Below, one piece after another: positions 56,410 to 64,000 of a stretch of DNA of 64,000 nt. The DNA is from an uncultured Spirochaetota bacterium. GTDB taxonomy: Bacteria > Spirochaetota > Brevinematia > Brevinematales > JAOACQ01. A program made the position numbers and the translations under genes. Within the stretch, counting starts at the first letter, position 1; each line of letters starts with the position of its first letter. The notes beneath the pieces were generated by a model. It saw nothing but the letters and a program-made list of their open reading frames with translations. It was not told the DNA's origin and did no database searches. Location of the stretch: assembly GCA_963835575.1 (NCBI GenBank), contig CAWIGG010000004.1, positions 798,532-862,531 of the forward strand, written 5' to 3'.

Positions 56410-58487
56410 AACAGCAATTCTAAAGATCCGGCCAGGCTTTTTTCACTGGCTTGAACTCTATATGCTTTTGTTCTCTCATCGTCAGAAAAATTAAATAATA
56501 GTAATGAACCTTCTGAAATATTGAATTTAATGAGGAATGAAACTTCATTGCCGATACCGTAATAGGACTTTATCTGTGTTATTCCTGCCGGTATTTCTTC
56601 TTCAATGGCAAAAAGAGCGGAATTATAGCTGTAAGAGCGGTAGCTGTTCCATAAAAAAACAAAACTGAAATTCCTGACCGGGATGATTTCAAACCGGATA
56701 GTACCCATATTGCCCATTTCCTCATCCGTAAAATCGAGCAGGTTCTGCCATTTCAGGTTCAGCCGGATTTTGTCATGAAAAAGCGAGAACTTATTATTAA
56801 AATAAGAACGCAGATTATCACCTTCCGAAAGTATTGAATATCTGGATTTAAGTTCTGTCTCCAGAGAGTTAACGAACTCATTCTGAAAATTAAACATGGA
56901 TTTGAGCTTTATTTCATGTTTTTGATTAAGAGGAGAATTGGTGATTTTACTATAAAAGTCAGAATAAAACTGGACGGTAATAACGGGGAATTTATAATTA
57001 CAACCGGCGAATATTCCTTTCACATCAGCGTCATCATGAAGCACAATACCGCGGTACGGCGCGGAATAATTGGCTTCCAGGTAATAGCCCAGGATTGAGG
57101 CTGTGAACCGGTCTATTTTTAAAATAGTTCCCTGCTCGGCAGCCGTTCCGCCGTAGGACGCGTATTCACCGAAAAGATTGACCGTGTCGAAAAGGTATGA
57201 ATCGTAGTAAACACTTCCGCCGTTCATATGAGCGACAGAGTCCGCTCCCTGATGTGAAATATAAGCGCCGCCCAGCATGGTATCAAAAAGAGGGATCTTT
57301 GACTCCGCGGAAAAGCCGTAATCGACCTGGTTTGTTTTTTCCATGGATGGCCCTGTTTCAAAATAAGAATAAAATCCGGCTATTTTCGGTTCGGGATAGA
57401 AACCGGCTATATTGAATTGAGATAAAGAAACAGAGGCGGCGGCGCCGTTCAGGAAATCCCAGACATTATCGTAATTGGAATCATAACCGAAACTGAGACT
57501 CGGATAGAGGCCGCGGTTCAATTTTTTGACAGGGGCCTTATCGATATCCGATGGGGAAACAGCATAGCGCTTTCCCATAAGAAGTCCCTGGCCGGCGCTG
57601 AATTGATACTGGCCGGCTATGATGGAAAAATCAGGGCTTTCCCAGAGCGCGCTGAGCCGGATGTTGGAAATGGAGCTGTCCCAATGCGAGAATTCGGTAA
57701 TATTCGTATAGGTTTTTATACTGCAGTAAATTTTCAGCCGGCTTGCCGTCAGTATCAGGCGGTAAAAGTATTCATCTGCTTCTGAATTTTCATTCGTTAT
57801 TTTATTCGATATTTCCATTGATGATGTATTGAGAATCCCGGCCTTGAGCGATAATGTCAGCCCTTTTTCAACAGGCGGTTTGATCGTAATAAAGGGCGAT
57901 AAAATAAGAAGATCATCAGGAGTCAACCCGGCATTCGTCAGGTCAAAGAGTTCATTAATGGGCTTTTCATTTCTATATTCAATAATAGCGGCGGCTTTCT
58001 TTTCATCCATAGCGGGCAGGGATGCCATATCCTTTTGTCCGGCGGCATTCAGATTGACGGGAAAGATCAGGAAATCGGAATAATAGTCGATATTTTCGAG
58101 CCTGTCGCCTTCCAGACCTTCCAGGATTTCTTCGATGGATTTCCGCCGGCTTTCAATATAAAAATAGCTTTTAAGAGATTCAATAATATCCGGTTCGACC
58201 GGAATAAGAAGAAGCTCGTCAAAATTCTCAATCTCGCCATGGATTTTACGGTATTTGATGATATCGATAGCTTTTTTTTCATCGATATTCATTATTTTAA
58301 AGAAATGCAGCATGGTATTTTCAGGAACAGCGTTCAAGTCCCTTTTTTCTTCAGTTAATTTCAAGAAAAAAGCCTGATCTTCAGGATTCATATTGGATAA
58401 CGCGCTTTCCTGCAAAGTCCGGGAATAGAGTAAGCCGGTCCATAATAATAATAAAACGAAAAGTGTTAAAATTTTTAAATTATTCAT
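56406..58487 (-). CDS. secreted protein with two ComEA-like helix-hairpin-helix modules and a large beta-barrel-like C-terminal region
   Basis: Signal peptide MNNLKILTLFVLLLLWTGLLYS. HhH-like ..NIDEKKAIDIIKYRKIHGEIENFDELLLIP.. and ..NLNAAGQKDMASLPAMDEKKAAAIIEYR.. Y/F/S/N-rich alternating C-terminal half ending ..LELLF. The stop overlaps the convergent GGDEF stop (TTAA). Confidence 0.55.
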   Translation of the reverse strand: MNNLKILTLFVLLLLWTGLLYSRTLQESALSNMNPEDQAFFLKLTEEKRDLNAVPENTMLHFFKIMNIDEKKAIDIIKYRKIHGEIENFDELLLIPVEPDIIESLKSYFYIESRRKSIEEILEGLEGDRLENIDYYSDFLIFPVNLNAAGQKDMASLPAMDEKKAAAIIEYRNEKPINELFDLTNAGLTPDDLLILSPFITIKPPVEKGLTLSLKAGILNTSSMEISNKITNENSEADEYFYRLILTASRLKIYCSIKTYTNITEFSHWDSSISNIRLSALWESPDFSIIAGQYQFSAGQGLLMGKRYAVSPSDIDKAPVKKLNRGLYPSLSFGYDSNYDNVWDFLNGAAASVSLSQFNIAGFYPEPKIAGFYSYFETGPSMEKTNQVDYGFSAESKIPLFDTMLGGAYISHQGADSVAHMNGGSVYYDSYLFDTVNLFGEYASYGGTAAEQGTILKIDRFTASILGYYLEANYSAPYRGIVLHDDADVKGIFAGCNYKFPVITVQFYSDFYSKITNSPLNQKHEIKLKSMFNFQNEFVNSLETELKSRYSILSEGDNLRSYFNNKFSLFHDKIRLNLKWQNLLDFTDEEMGNMGTIRFEIIPVRNFSFVFLWNSYRSYSYNSALFAIEEEIPAGITQIKSYYGIGNEVSFLIKFNISEGSLLLFNFSDDERTKAYRVQASEKSLAGSLELLF

Positions 58488-58522
58488 GGTGAAAATAAAA
58501 AAGATGCCTCGTTTTTTATTTT

Positions 58523-58729
58523 TTAAGAATTCTTTTTTATAGCCACTGTCTGCATGGCCCCGCCCAGGTATTCCTGAAAGCGGCGGCGTATCTCCTCCGC
58601 CTTCTCTTTAACGACCATTTTATGCCCGGACTGGAAAACAACAATTGTGTCGGGCGTTTCCTCGACATATTCGACAAGGAAGAGGTTGATGGAGATTTTT
58701 GTGTCGTTCAGACGCGTTAATTCGACCAA
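58523..58729 (-). CDS. flbD: flagellar protein FlbD
   Basis: 68 aa. MVELTRLNDTKISINLFLVEYVEETPDTIVVFQSGHKMVVKE matches the FlbD pattern. Located downstream of flgE. Confidence 0.8.
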   Translation of the reverse strand: MVELTRLNDTKISINLFLVEYVEETPDTIVVFQSGHKMVVKEKAEEIRRRFQEYLGGAMQTVAIKKNS

Positions 58730-58806
58730 TGACGGCCTCCTTTTTTGTGCTGACTCAAATAATACAGTAACAAGGTATACATAAGGAAATCTGTCAACTT
58801 ATAGCC

Positions 58807-58952
58807 CGTCATTGCGAGGAGAAAAATATCTACCTTGCCGGGAGCTTCAGCCCGAAGCAATCTGTCTGCATAAAAAGAACACTTCATGTGCAGACAGATT
58901 GCTTCGCTTTCCAATCAGCGGCTATGGAGAAGACTGGGCGCTCGCAATGACG
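58807..58952. repeat. 146-nt nested palindromic element between flgE and flbD
   Basis: Outer arms cgtcattgcgag (58807-58818) / ctcgcaatgacg (58941-58952). Inner arms gaagcaatctgtctgca (58854-58870) / tgcagacagattgcttc (58889-58905). Confidence 0.85.
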
Positions 58953-58966
58953 CCTTTGTTTTTAAT

Positions 58967-59000
58967 AAAAAAATCCTGCCTGTATATTACAGGCAGGATT
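58967..59000 (-). terminator. Rho-independent terminator/attenuator directly after flgE
   Basis: Minus strand reads aatcctgcctgt aatat acaggcaggatt, followed by T7. Confidence 0.8.
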
Positions 59001-59030
59001 AATTATAAAATAGTTTTCTTATTTAGCCAA

Positions 59031-60395
59031 TTATCTCTTCAGGTTCAAAATTTCCTGGAGCATGTTGTCTGTCGTTGTCACAACGCGGGAATTGGCCTGG
59101 AAACCTCTTTCAGTGACGATCATATCCGTAAATGTTTCGGAAAGGTCGACGTTGCTCATTTCCAGCGCGCCGGCGTAGATTTTTCCCCGGCCCTGCGTCC
59201 CGGCCGTGCCCATATTCGGCATACCGGAGTTGTTGGATTCGCTGTAAAGGCTTTCGCCCTCTTTTGTCAGGCCCGCCGGGTTGGTGAATGCGGAAATGGC
59301 GATCTGTCCGATGACCCGCCGTTCGCTGTTGGAATAGGAACCGGTGATCGTTCCTGAATCGTCGATCTTGAATGATTCAAGATAGGACATTTCATAGCCG
59401 TCCTGGTAGTAGGCGCGGGTTGTTGTCGCGGAACTGAACTGCGTGATGGAATCCTGCACCTTGCCTACTGAGCCGACATCCATATTAAAATTTCTGGTCT
59501 GGCCGTCGGGAAGCGTATATGAAACGGTGGCAGTAAGCGCGCCCTGTGCGACGGTCTGGGGAGTGGCCCCTGCTCCTTCCTGGATGGAGGCGATCGTGCC
59601 GTTCGTGTTGAAATTGATCAGCATGGAGTTGTTTGTATCGGTTTTGACCGTACCGACGTTGACTTTGATATTATTATCAGGAATGCCGTCGATGGTGGCC
59701 ACAGCGCGCCACTGGTTCAGCCCGACCTTCTGGAAATTCATGACCATCCTTCTTTTCAACCCATACGGATCGACCACGTCGATGGATGTCGAATGCGTGT
59801 TCTTGATGATATCATCCGGGGTGGCATTGGGCGCCAGTACGGGGGTTTTTATATCAAGGTTGCTTTTCAGGCGGACAACAGATGTTTCCCTGGCCTCGAG
59901 CTTTTCCATCAGAGGGATGCGCATATCTTCGATGGGGGCCGCCGTATTGACGAAACGGTCTCCGTTCTGGAGCGTGACGGCATTCCATCCCTGGACTTTC
60001 AGTCCGTTGGGATTGACAAGCATGCCGTCGCGGTCGATGATAAAGTTTCCTGATCGCGTATAGAAAGTCCTGTCCCCCAGCTTCGTGGTAAAGAAGCCTT
60101 CCCCGGTTATGGCCAGGTCGGTGTTCTTGCCGGTTGTCTGGATGCTGCCCTGGTTCATCAGAGTGTCGATGCTGGCGACGGTCATGCCCAGGCCGATCTG
60201 CCTCGGGTTCAAGCCGCCCCTTTCATCAGAGGGCTTCGCCGCTCCGGTGAGGGTCTGCGACAGTATATCCTGAAAAGTCACTCTGCCTTTTTTGAAGCCG
60301 GTTGTATTGACGTTCGCGACATTGTTGCCGATGACGTCCATCCTGACCTGGTGGTTCTGAAGGCCGGATACGGCTGAATAAAGTGATCTCATCAT
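59031..60395 (-). CDS. flgE: flagellar hook protein FlgE
   Basis: N-terminal MMRSLYSAVSGLQNHQVRMDVIGNNVANVNTTGFK. C-terminal ..GALEMSNVDLSETFTDMIVTERGFQANSR. Confidence 0.95.
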   Translation of the reverse strand: MMRSLYSAVSGLQNHQVRMDVIGNNVANVNTTGFKKGRVTFQDILSQTLTGAAKPSDERGGLNPRQIGLGMTVASIDTLMNQGSIQTTGKNTDLAITGEGFFTTKLGDRTFYTRSGNFIIDRDGMLVNPNGLKVQGWNAVTLQNGDRFVNTAAPIEDMRIPLMEKLEARETSVVRLKSNLDIKTPVLAPNATPDDIIKNTHSTSIDVVDPYGLKRRMVMNFQKVGLNQWRAVATIDGIPDNNIKVNVGTVKTDTNNSMLINFNTNGTIASIQEGAGATPQTVAQGALTATVSYTLPDGQTRNFNMDVGSVGKVQDSITQFSSATTTRAYYQDGYEMSYLESFKIDDSGTITGSYSNSERRVIGQIAISAFTNPAGLTKEGESLYSESNNSGMPNMGTAGTQGRGKIYAGALEMSNVDLSETFTDMIVTERGFQANSRVVTTTDNMLQEILNLKR

Positions 60396-60431
60396 AGGCT
60401 TATCTCCTTTCTTCTTATTCTATATATGGGA

Positions 60432-60914
60432 TTATTTCTGTACAGTGTCAGGGGTCTCTGTTTTTTGAACATCCTTGACTTCCTCTATCTGGGCAAGAGG
60501 GACTTCCATGCCGTTGATGTTCATGAATGTATCGCCGTTTTTGACTTTAATGCTGTCCACAACGCCGCTGTTGTATTTTCCGTTATCGTCAACCCAGGAG
60601 ATCACCTTGCCGACGAGAGAGACAGCTTTGGTAAATGTGAATTCCCTGCTGAGTGTTTTAATGTTTTCAGTCAGATCGTTCATCTGCTTGAGAGAGGTGA
60701 ACTGGGCCATCTGGCCGATGAATTCCTTGTCATCCAGAGGCTTTGTCGGGTCCTGTGTCTTGAGCTGGGTGATGAGGAGCTTCATAAAGTCGGCCTGGTC
60801 CAGAGTGTTCTTGCTTGTGATCTTCTGGTCCGCTTTCAGCTTGGTATTGAAATCGTCCACTCTATAATTAAGGACGTTGATTTCCTGCGGGCTCATCTGA
60901 GTATTGATTTCCAT
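60432..60914 (-). CDS. flgD: flagellar hook capping/assembly protein FlgD
   Basis: ..LDQADFMKLLITQLKTQDPTKPLDDKEFIGQMAQFTSLKQM.. Confidence 0.9.
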   Translation of the reverse strand: MEINTQMSPQEINVLNYRVDDFNTKLKADQKITSKNTLDQADFMKLLITQLKTQDPTKPLDDKEFIGQMAQFTSLKQMNDLTENIKTLSREFTFTKAVSLVGKVISWVDDNGKYNSGVVDSIKVKNGDTFMNINGMEVPLAQIEEVKDVQKTETPDTVQK

Positions 60915-60938
60915 AAGGGCCTCCTTTAATATTTCTCT

Positions 60939-62255
60939 TTATGCGAGAAAGTTGATGCTCGATTCAAATAATGAATGCGGGGAATATTTAATTTCTTCCA
61001 GTCTTTCTTCCGCTGTTTTTCCCGGATAAGCCTGCACGGCTTCTGTTGAAGCCTGGCCGGAATTGTCCTGCTCCTGCTGGGACAGGCTTACGTCCATGCC
61101 GCCGATATTGATGCCGGCCTGCTGGAGCGCGCGCTGAAGATCGCCCATGTTCTGGTCAAAGAGCATTTTCGCTTCCGGAGTCGACACGACTATCTTTCCC
61201 AGGAGCAGTCCGTCCTCAAGCGAGAACTTCATGCTCATTCTTCCCAGTTCCGGCGGAATGAGGTTCATCCTCAGTTCGCTTTTCCCGTCCTTCAGCGTGA
61301 CAAGCGCCCTGCCGGTGATGTTCTGCATCAGGGCTTCCAGGGTCGCCTTGCTGACAGGGGAAGCATAGGAAACGGTCTGACGCAGTATGGCGGACTGTAT
61401 ATCCATTTTATTCAAATTGACCGCTGTATTTTCTTTTGTGATTATTTTATCCGTATTTTCTTTATCAAGGACTTTGATAATGGAAGCGTCCCCGGTTTTA
61501 TTTTCCTTTATTTCATTCTTGAATAAACTGAAGGAAGGATTGTCGCCGGAATTATTTTTATTTTCTTTATTATTCATTTTAGCCGGGCCGGCCTCTTCCG
61601 GTTTTGTTCTTTTATCAATGACAACGACTTTATCCGGGGTATTTTTATTTTCGTCTTCCGTATTCTTCATCATCCCGGATTGAAGCGCCGTTTCTTCAGT
61701 TTTTACGGAAGATGTATTATTCAGTCCCATTTTACCGCTGATGTCCTGAAGCTGGTTTTTCAGGAGGTCCAGCGAATTGGCGCTGCCGCCGAAATTCTGC
61801 TTGTCCAGCATTGCGCCGAGCTGTTCGAGTATCTGCGCCATATAGGAAAGAACGCTGACGGTGGAATCTCCCATTTCGATATTCCACTGCGCCGGTTTTT
61901 CCTGGACGCCCGCCAGGATCTTTTTAATTTCTTTGACTATTGCTTTTACGGTCTCTATTTCTTTATTATTTTTGCCTTCATGGCTTTCCGATAATTTGTC
62001 CAGCTTTTTCTCAATATCGTCCAGTTTGTTCTTCACGTCTTTCCATTCGACAGGTTTTTCCCTTTTATTATCCTTACTATTGTCGGAAATATTCCGGAGA
62101 ACGTCCCTGAAGGATAATTCCTGTGTTTCTTCGCTTCTGTTCTTCTGAATGTTCTGCCCTTTATTATTTCCCTGTAAACGGAATAGATCAACCGGCTGAC
62201 GCTCGGGATTGTTCTGGAGACTGTTCAAGAGGGAAAACAAATTTGTTCCTTCCAT
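60939..62255 (-). CDS. fliK: flagellar hook-length control protein FliK
   Basis: Low-complexity K/E/N-rich body. C-terminal Flg_hook-type block ..LRMNLIPPELGRMSMKFSLEDGLLLGKIVVSTPEAKMLFDQNMGDLQRALQQAGI.. Position upstream of flgD. Confidence 0.8.
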   Translation of the reverse strand: MEGTNLFSLLNSLQNNPERQPVDLFRLQGNNKGQNIQKNRSEETQELSFRDVLRNISDNSKDNKREKPVEWKDVKNKLDDIEKKLDKLSESHEGKNNKEIETVKAIVKEIKKILAGVQEKPAQWNIEMGDSTVSVLSYMAQILEQLGAMLDKQNFGGSANSLDLLKNQLQDISGKMGLNNTSSVKTEETALQSGMMKNTEDENKNTPDKVVVIDKRTKPEEAGPAKMNNKENKNNSGDNPSFSLFKNEIKENKTGDASIIKVLDKENTDKIITKENTAVNLNKMDIQSAILRQTVSYASPVSKATLEALMQNITGRALVTLKDGKSELRMNLIPPELGRMSMKFSLEDGLLLGKIVVSTPEAKMLFDQNMGDLQRALQQAGINIGGMDVSLSQQEQDNSGQASTEAVQAYPGKTAEERLEEIKYSPHSLFESSINFLA

Positions 62256-62460
62256 ACCTATCAAACACTCCTTTTTTTACTATCTTGATATGATTTTCGG
62301 TAGAATTAAAAAAAGGTTAATAAGAATGAAGAAATAAAAATAAATATTTGATGATTGACATAAGCCGTTAAGATGACCCCGATGTGGCAGGATAACCTGG
62401 AATTTGAAGGATAATATTATTGGGGAATTTCACTGGAGGTGGGAAGGGGAACGGGGGTTG

Positions 62461-62555
62461 GCCACAGAATTTCACGGAAAAACACAGAATTTATAAGATA
62501 AAATAAAGGTTTTATTAATATTTTATTTCCGTGAATTTCTGTGTAATTCCGTGGC
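62461..62555. repeat. complete word-array palindrome upstream of the fliK operon
   Basis: Left arm gccacagaat ttcacggaaa aacacagaat tt. AT-rich loop. Right arm tttccgtgaatttctgtgtaattccgtggc (62526-62555), which is 27/30 identical to 3973-4002. Confidence 0.8.
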
Positions 62556-62635
62556 AGACTTCTTTTTTTTTAAGCATGACAGTTCAATAGGGACTCTATA
62601 ATTAAGTCCCGCGGCTTTAAAATCAAGAGATTATG

Positions 62636-63016
62636 CTATTTTGAGTTTAATTTTTTCATGCTCTTAAGATAAGCTGCCACAAAAGCCTTTTTATTTGTTT
62701 CATCAAGACCCTGCATAAATTCCCCTGCTTTATTGTTATATTCGGTAAGTTCCAGGGATAATTTGTTCATCTTATCGATTTTGGTCTGGTCTTTTGTATT
62801 CTGCGCTTCCTTTGATGCCTTGGCGAATAATTTCACAAAAGCATCATACTCTTTCAGCCACTTTTTTGCCTCTTCCATTGTCACCGGCTTGACGGATGCT
62901 GCGGCGCTGGATGTGACAACACTGTTTGTGTTAGAACTGCTGTTTTGTTTTCCGCCGCAGCTCGTAACAAAAAACGATATGATGACTATTAATATGAATT
63001 GTAATGTCAATTTCAT
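62636..63016 (-). CDS. small lipoprotein, hypothetical
   Basis: Lipobox FFVTSCGG. Ser/Thr-rich linker, helical K/E-rich body. GGAGGA upstream. Confidence 0.6.
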   Translation of the reverse strand: MKLTLQFILIVIISFFVTSCGGKQNSSSNTNSVVTSSAAASVKPVTMEEAKKWLKEYDAFVKLFAKASKEAQNTKDQTKIDKMNKLSLELTEYNNKAGEFMQGLDETNKKAFVAAYLKSMKKLNSK

Positions 63017-63310
63017 ATTATCCTCCTGTAAACATATTATAGAAAATAAAAATCCATGAATAGTATTTTAGATTGAATAGGTGAATTTAGCAAAAAAATA
63101 AGAAGAACGTTTTAGAAAAATAAAGATAGGATCATTTGAATAATAATTGAAATTAACTGCCTTTCTAAATTTAAAATTTCGTGATGATTGATGTTCCGGA
63201 AAAAGGGGGAAATGCGGCAAAGGCTGCCGACAAACAACTGCCCTTATTTCAGAAGGGATCTAAAGACATTCTGTCCTTTGTAAAATTTACCGATAGCATA
63301 TTTCAAAAAA

Positions 63311-64000
63311 TCAGGAATCGAACGTCAAAGCCAGAATAGACGATAAAACGCTGTCAGGCAGATACCTCTTTGAAAAGTATAAAAATTTGTTAAAAAGGCC
63401 GGCCACGACGCGGACAGGAAGCCTTTTTTTATTTATGAGCCTGCCGATCATGACAGCGATTTTCTTTGGATCATACCCGTTCAATTCTTCATGTTTCATG
63501 TTCTTTATGGACTTTTTCATCCTTTCCGAATAGACCGAGTTCAGGGCGTTTTTGGAAAAGACTCTGTTCTTTGGAAAATCAGTTCTGGTATCGCCCGGCG
63601 CCACTGAAGTCACCTGGATATTATAATGCCTGACCTCAAGCTTTAAAGCCTGCGTGTACACATCTATGGCCCCTTTTGAAGCGGAATAAAACGACTGGTA
63701 TGGCACTGTAAAGAGGCCCGCAATAGACCCGATATTAATGATTTTCCCGCTTCCCTGTGTCCGCATAAAAGGCAGGACTTTTCTGCAGACGCGGCAAAGC
63801 CCGAAAAAATTCACATTGAATTGATTGTAAATATCCTCATCACTGCAGTCCTCTATCGCGCCCGCAATGCCGAAACCCGCGTTGTTGACGACAACATCAA
63901 TCCTGTCCTGCTGTTTAATGATCTGATCGATACAATTATCGACATCCTGTGGTTTGGTAATATCCAGGCAGAGAGTTCTGAACTGATCATTAGTAAAGGA
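63311..64000 (-). CDS. short-chain dehydrogenase/reductase (SDR), 5' end beyond the window
   Basis: The frame is open to 64000 (..VVNNAGFGIAG..). Catalytic YSASK and ..NIGSIAG.. . Confidence 0.8.
   Translation of the reverse strand, partial: SFTNDQFRTLCLDITKPQDVDNCIDQIIKQQDRIDVVVNNAGFGIAGAIEDCSDEDIYNQFNVNFFGLCRVCRKVLPFMRTQGSGKIINIGSIAGLFTVPYQSFYSASKGAIDVYTQALKLEVRHYNIQVTSVAPGDTRTDFPKNRVFSKNALNSVYSERMKKSIKNMKHEELNGYDPKKIAVMIGRLINKKRLPVRVVAGLFNKFLYFSKRYLPDSVLSSILALTFDS

Overview
This 64 kb window is chromosomal, mostly housekeeping DNA from an AT-leaning (by eye), flagellated, diderm bacterium that looks uncultured. Evidence for that: the flagellar gene order fliK-flgD-flgE-flbD, an OmpA-family protein and beta-propeller lipoproteins. 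I cannot assign the lineage from the sequence alone.

Contents:
- One complete rrn operon (16S, tRNA-Ile, tRNA-Ala, 23S, 5S) with a consensus sigma70 promoter and 16S/23S processing stems.
- Five further tRNA genes (Glu, Gln, Gly, Leu, Cys) and one degenerate tRNA-Gly copy.
- Core genes: mnmA, glgX, mraY, trmI, holB, recJ, pyrB, gyrA, thrS, infC-rpmI-rplT, ldhA.
- An ECF sigma/anti-sigma pair.
- A dense set of second-messenger genes: two HD-GYP, one GGDEF, one PilZ, and one MBL hydrolase with two cNMP-binding domains.

I saw no transposase, integrase, cas gene, reverse transcriptase, phage gene or recognisable defence gene. I cannot point to a classical novel system island.

Most noteworthy signals:
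1. A RecJ with a complete DEDDh 3'-5' exonuclease domain nested inside its DHH domain.
2. Two paralogous cytoplasmic LacI-type sugar-sensor modules, one wired to HD-GYP and one to GGDEF. The HD-GYP copy sits beside tandem YwaF/TP0381(TMEM164)-like membrane proteins and a STAS-like/pseudo-receiver/PilZ protein.
3. Several families of short structured repeats:
   - GTAGAGACG..CGTCTCTAC hairpins with covarying apical stems. Two sit in frame inside a CDS and two sit in rrn spacers.
   - 10-nt-phased word-array palindromes that fill several ORF-free stretches and interrupt the flagellar operon.
4. Five ORF disruptions, four of them explicable by a single extra base in a short homopolymer. These are either assembly indels or real decay or phase variation.

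All function calls rest on motifs read by eye. No database search was run.
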